Assembly (NCBI GenBank): GCA_044451405.1
Contig: JBIOKB010000008.1
Coordinates: 1-29,744, forward strand
From: Candidatus Babeliales bacterium
Lineage (GTDB): Bacteria > Babelota > Babeliae > Babelales > Vermiphilaceae
DNA length: 29,744 nt
Reading direction: 5' to 3'
The stretch's first letter is position 1, and every line of letters starts with the position of its first letter. A program made the position numbers and the translations under genes. Positions 26,609 to 29,744 of this stretch are shown in pieces. The notes under the pieces were generated by a model, which saw only the letters and a list, made by a program, of their open reading frames with translations, was not told the origin of the DNA and searched no databases.

Positions 26609-27166
26609 ATGACACGCATCATGCTTGTTATCTTCAGCCTGTGCATCGTGAATGGAGAAGTAGTTGCCATGCACAAAAAAACAACAAAAAGCACACGCTC
26701 TTCATGTTGTTCGCAGCGCGTTGTTAAACTATTTTCTGCTGCATGCATAGGGATTTTGTGTGCAACCATCGGATTAAGTGCCCATCATGACATTGTTGAA
26801 AAAACTAAGCATGCCGCTGTTGAAAAAACTAAAGTTGATTATCAACAGAAAATTAATAACATTATATTTAACTATGAAAATCCGTGTCTTGAAGTTAAAG
26901 CAAAAAACCCTGCATTTGCTGATTACACACTCACTCTAACTCCCGTCTTATGTGACCCAAACTTTGATACAGAAATAGTAAAACGTGTGCTTAACAGACG
27001 GTTCGGACCGGGAACGGAAATCACGACAGAAAGAAAGCCTTGCCTATCTTCAGTCGTTCGTAATGGCCATACCCAAATAACAGGTATTTCCTGCACCCAC
27101 GATCCTGAAAAAGCGGCTGAATTTTCGGCTGATCTATTCTATAACAGGAAACCAAAGTCAGATTAG
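26609..27166 (+). CDS. Hypothetical exported/membrane protein, 4-Cys domain (pair 1, copy b)
   Basis: SD AAGGAG. Shares PCL.V...NP.F, P.LCD, R.LNR..G.GT, PC and C-terminal KSD with 26114-26599. Confidence 0.78.
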   Translation: MTRIMLVIFSLCIVNGEVVAMHKKTTKSTRSSCCSQRVVKLFSAACIGILCATIGLSAHHDIVEKTKHAAVEKTKVDYQQKINNIIFNYENPCLEVKAKNPAFADYTLTLTPVLCDPNFDTEIVKRVLNRRFGPGTEITTERKPCLSSVVRNGHTQITGISCTHDPEKAAEFSADLFYNRKPKSD

Positions 27167-27275
27167 CCCTTTCCCCTTAGTTCTCCCTTAGGCATACCTA
27201 CCAGTTGCATATTGACTAATAGACCTTATACTAAAATTATTGAAACCTATTAAAAGTCATGCAAATGGAGGATTT

Positions 27276-27767
27276 ATGAAGAAAATGGTAGTTATATCAG
27301 CTCTCGCAGCTACCTTAGTTATGAGCACATCTGCCCAAAGCATATTCCATAATTTAAATACAGTTCTTACTCATAGACCGCATTTTATTCGTGTACCACA
27401 AAAAAGAGAGCTTATTCCAAGTGATTTTGATTGCAATACAGGTATTGCAAAAGCAGTTTATCAAGCAGTTAAAGTAATAAATGATCCTACTGAACGTAAT
27501 GCATGGATGAATACAGGGGCATACATTTTAAAAAGATGTCGAAAAACAATGCCAGTGGAACAACTATACACTAATAATATTAACTATGCTGGCTTTAGAA
27601 TTGTCGATCATGCGCTCAATGCTGTTTTGACAGGAAGAATAACAGAAGAAAGCAAAAGAGAGCACAAAAGGTATACGATCGTTCATGCGTATCTTTTAGA
27701 TGAAGTTGATCGATACCAGAAATACATAACAGATCGTGAAAAATTATTCACACATTTTTCAGCGTAA
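27276..27767 (+). CDS. Hypothetical exported protein (pair 2, copy a)
   Basis: SD GGAGG before ATG 27276 and a signal peptide. Shares FDC..IA, NDPT...AWMN, C...MP and EQLY..NI.YA with the next gene. Confidence 0.78.
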   Translation: MKKMVVISALAATLVMSTSAQSIFHNLNTVLTHRPHFIRVPQKRELIPSDFDCNTGIAKAVYQAVKVINDPTERNAWMNTGAYILKRCRKTMPVEQLYTNNINYAGFRIVDHALNAVLTGRITEESKREHKRYTIVHAYLLDEVDRYQKYITDREKLFTHFSA

Positions 27768-27782
27768 TAAATGGAGATAATC

Positions 27783-28394
27783 ATGAAATCTATAGTTAAA
27801 ACACTCACAATCGCAGCTGTTTTACTTACAGCTTTACCTGCTCAGGCTATGTTCAGCCGCTTGCGAACAACATTTGCCAGCATTCACAATGGTAGAAAGG
27901 TATTAACTGCCATTGGTGCCGCTATGGGTCTTGGAAGCACAGCGTATGCGGTGCAGCAAGCGCGAAAACAGCAAGCAAAGCCAGAAAGACATTTTGACTG
28001 CTTGCATGATATAGCAAGAACAACATTTAATGCTCTTCGATCAGAAAATGATCCTACTGCATATGAAGCATGGATGAATGAACGAACTCACGTTTTCAAT
28101 TATTGCAAAAGAAGTATGCCTCAATCGACACGTGAACAGTTATATAATGTCAATATCGCTTATGCCAAAGCTCAGGCTTTAAATTGTGGTTGGTATGCAA
28201 ATCAACTTGCAGAAGAAAAGAATCCTGATTCATATGATCTTGGCTATCTCAATCATATAAGAAAAGTTAGTAATCTTTATGCACAAACGGCACAAAAACT
28301 CCGACGTGATTTTCGACAAGAACAAGAAGCTAATCGTAAACGAGAACAACAAATCAAAGAATTAGAAATGCTTACCTGGTTGCATTTTGCATAA
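27783..28394 (+). CDS. Hypothetical exported protein (pair 2, copy b)
   Basis: SD GGAG before ATG 27783. Signal ending LPAQAM. Paralogous to 27276-27767. Confidence 0.78.
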   Translation: MKSIVKTLTIAAVLLTALPAQAMFSRLRTTFASIHNGRKVLTAIGAAMGLGSTAYAVQQARKQQAKPERHFDCLHDIARTTFNALRSENDPTAYEAWMNERTHVFNYCKRSMPQSTREQLYNVNIAYAKAQALNCGWYANQLAEEKNPDSYDLGYLNHIRKVSNLYAQTAQKLRRDFRQEQEANRKREQQIKELEMLTWLHFA

Positions 28395-28411
28395 AACTTT
28401 AAGGGACTCAC

Positions 28412-29374
28412 ATGAAATACCAATTAAAATCACTCTTCATCTCTTTATTATTGATCAGCACAATACCTGCGCAGGGAATGTCAGCGCGAGTTAAGGCATT
28501 ATTACCTATTATAGGTACTGCTGCCTATTATGGTCTAATAGCGTATCCTTTTTGGGCAAATGCATACAAAAAAATCAAAGTTATAAATGAAAAGTATGAT
28601 AAAAATATAGATCCTGGCCAACCTATTACCGGATTTGTGCAGTATGAACTTGGCAAAATTGGTATAAATAAACCAATTCCCGTTCAAATGGAAAAAACAA
28701 GAAATGAAGGTAGTGCTGAAACTAATGGCCGTACGATTAGTTTGGGCTTTAGTCATGATGGTACTAGCAAATTAGAAAAAATACTTGTTGAACAACAACG
28801 CTTAGTAAAATTGCTCGATGAAGATCCATCTAATGAATCTATTAAGGATGCTATTAAAAAAACTGAGTATGATCTTGATTGGTATCAGTTTCTAGTTCAA
28901 CATGAAGGCACCCATATTAAAAACCATGATAATGAGAAAGACTTGATCGCTCATGTAATTACGCCTTTTATTCTTTGTGGTGCTACCAGAGGATTAAACT
29001 CACTTATATTCACTTCTCCTAAACCAACTATCGGTACTTATGCAGGAAAAATAGCACTCGGTCTCACTGCAGTATTCTTAGGCAAATTAGCAATAATGCA
29101 ATATGCCAAGCACAAAGAATACAAAGCTGATGATGGTGTTCAAGATGACCCTTATGTATTAAAAGCTGGAATTGAACATTTCAAGCAACATGAAAAAAAA
29201 CAGGCTGAAGAATTTATTAAGAAAAATCCAGGCACTTCTTACGAAGAACTACAAAGATTTCCATTTTCTGTATTTTATTCTATCCATCACATTTCCCATC
29301 CAGTACCACTCAAACGTGCACAACGACTTGAGCAACGCCTTGCTGGATTACAAGCGCCAACTGTCACAGCATAA
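28412..29374 (+). CDS. M48-family-like zinc metalloprotease, exported/membrane
   Basis: HEGTH zinc motif, then a hydrophobic hairpin, EYKAD (third-ligand Glu) and C-terminal SHP....R. Signal ending IPAQGM. Confidence 0.75.
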   Translation: MKYQLKSLFISLLLISTIPAQGMSARVKALLPIIGTAAYYGLIAYPFWANAYKKIKVINEKYDKNIDPGQPITGFVQYELGKIGINKPIPVQMEKTRNEGSAETNGRTISLGFSHDGTSKLEKILVEQQRLVKLLDEDPSNESIKDAIKKTEYDLDWYQFLVQHEGTHIKNHDNEKDLIAHVITPFILCGATRGLNSLIFTSPKPTIGTYAGKIALGLTAVFLGKLAIMQYAKHKEYKADDGVQDDPYVLKAGIEHFKQHEKKQAEEFIKKNPGTSYEELQRFPFSVFYSIHHISHPVPLKRAQRLEQRLAGLQAPTVTA

Positions 29375-29397
29375 ATTTAGGGGACTCTCTCGAGTCT

Positions 29398-29423
29398 CTT
29401 GGTGCGCTATTGTGCGCACTATT
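29398..29423. repeat. Palindromic repeat family C, copy 2 (possible bidirectional terminator)
   Basis: CTTGGTGCGCTATTGTGCGCACTATT between convergent genes, preceded by the small hairpin GGGACTC-TCTC-GAGTCTC. Confidence 0.7.
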
Positions 29424-29425
29424 TC

Positions 29426-29744
29426 TTATTTACTCACACTGAGTAAGAAATCTTTCAACCGACAGCTATAGCCCCATTCGTTGTCATACCATCCAAACGC
29501 TTTACCCGAGTATTGTCCACAGGTTGTGGTTAGCAAGCTATCAACAATTGATGAATGGCTGTTGCCATTAAAATCACTGGACACCAGTTGCTCTTTGGTG
29601 ATTGCCAAAATCCCCTTCATGGGACCATGAGCAGCTTTGGTAAATGCAGCGTTGATTGCATCCACCGTGAGTGATTCTTTGGTGATGATGGTGAGATCAA
29701 TTAACGATACTTTTGTAACAGGCACTCTAATTGCAATAGCTTCT
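29426..29744 (-). CDS. gap: Glyceraldehyde-3-phosphate dehydrogenase, C-terminal part (truncated by window end)
   Basis: AIRVPVTKVSLIDL, LVSSDFNG..HSSIVD and WYDNEWGYSCRL. Confidence 0.93.
   Translation of the reverse strand, partial: EAIAIRVPVTKVSLIDLTIITKESLTVDAINAAFTKAAHGPMKGILAITKEQLVSSDFNGNSHSSIVDSLLTTTCGQYSGKAFGWYDNEWGYSCRLKDFLLSVSK

Noticed and set aside
334-29423. Dispersed palindromic repeats as a CRISPR array
   Set aside because: No regularly spaced repeat-spacer units and no cas genes. The copies are isolated and kilobases apart.
2613-29471. Many short alternative-frame/antisense ORFs in the track (e.g. 2676-2906, 4805-5155, 7036-7395, 14479-14772, 20152-20436, 21825-22244, 23180-23578, 29172-29471)
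   Set aside because: They overlap well-supported genes or tRNAs, and I saw no recognisable motifs in them. They are treated as shadow ORFs.

Overview
Bacterial chromosomal window, AT-rich and gene-dense. It is most likely from Candidatus Dependentiae (TM6/Babeliae, protist-associated intracellular bacteria). That assignment is inferred from the tandem ~620-aa Cys-rich exported proteins ending in WG(I/V)WIKGG(I/V)GF, an archaeal/eukaryotic-type ATP-dependent DNA ligase, and many orphans with '...AM' signal peptides. Housekeeping genes: plsY, pgsA, secD, hemW, serS, HU, TatD, a SpoIID-like protein, an RNase HI-like protein, a C4 zinc-ribbon protein, the gap 3' end and two ABC systems. Three tRNAs are present: elongator Met-CAT, Leu-GAG and Ile2-CAT. 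There are two accessory clusters of exported paralogs (15.8-20.2 kb and 26.1-29.4 kb). The most notable non-coding signal is three families of short palindromic intergenic repeats (A, B, C) that nest inside each other. Family A sits directly at tRNA 3' ends, starts at a CCA, is bracketed by a duplicate of the tRNA-end junction and shows compensatory stem changes. No transposase, integrase or CRISPR array is seen.
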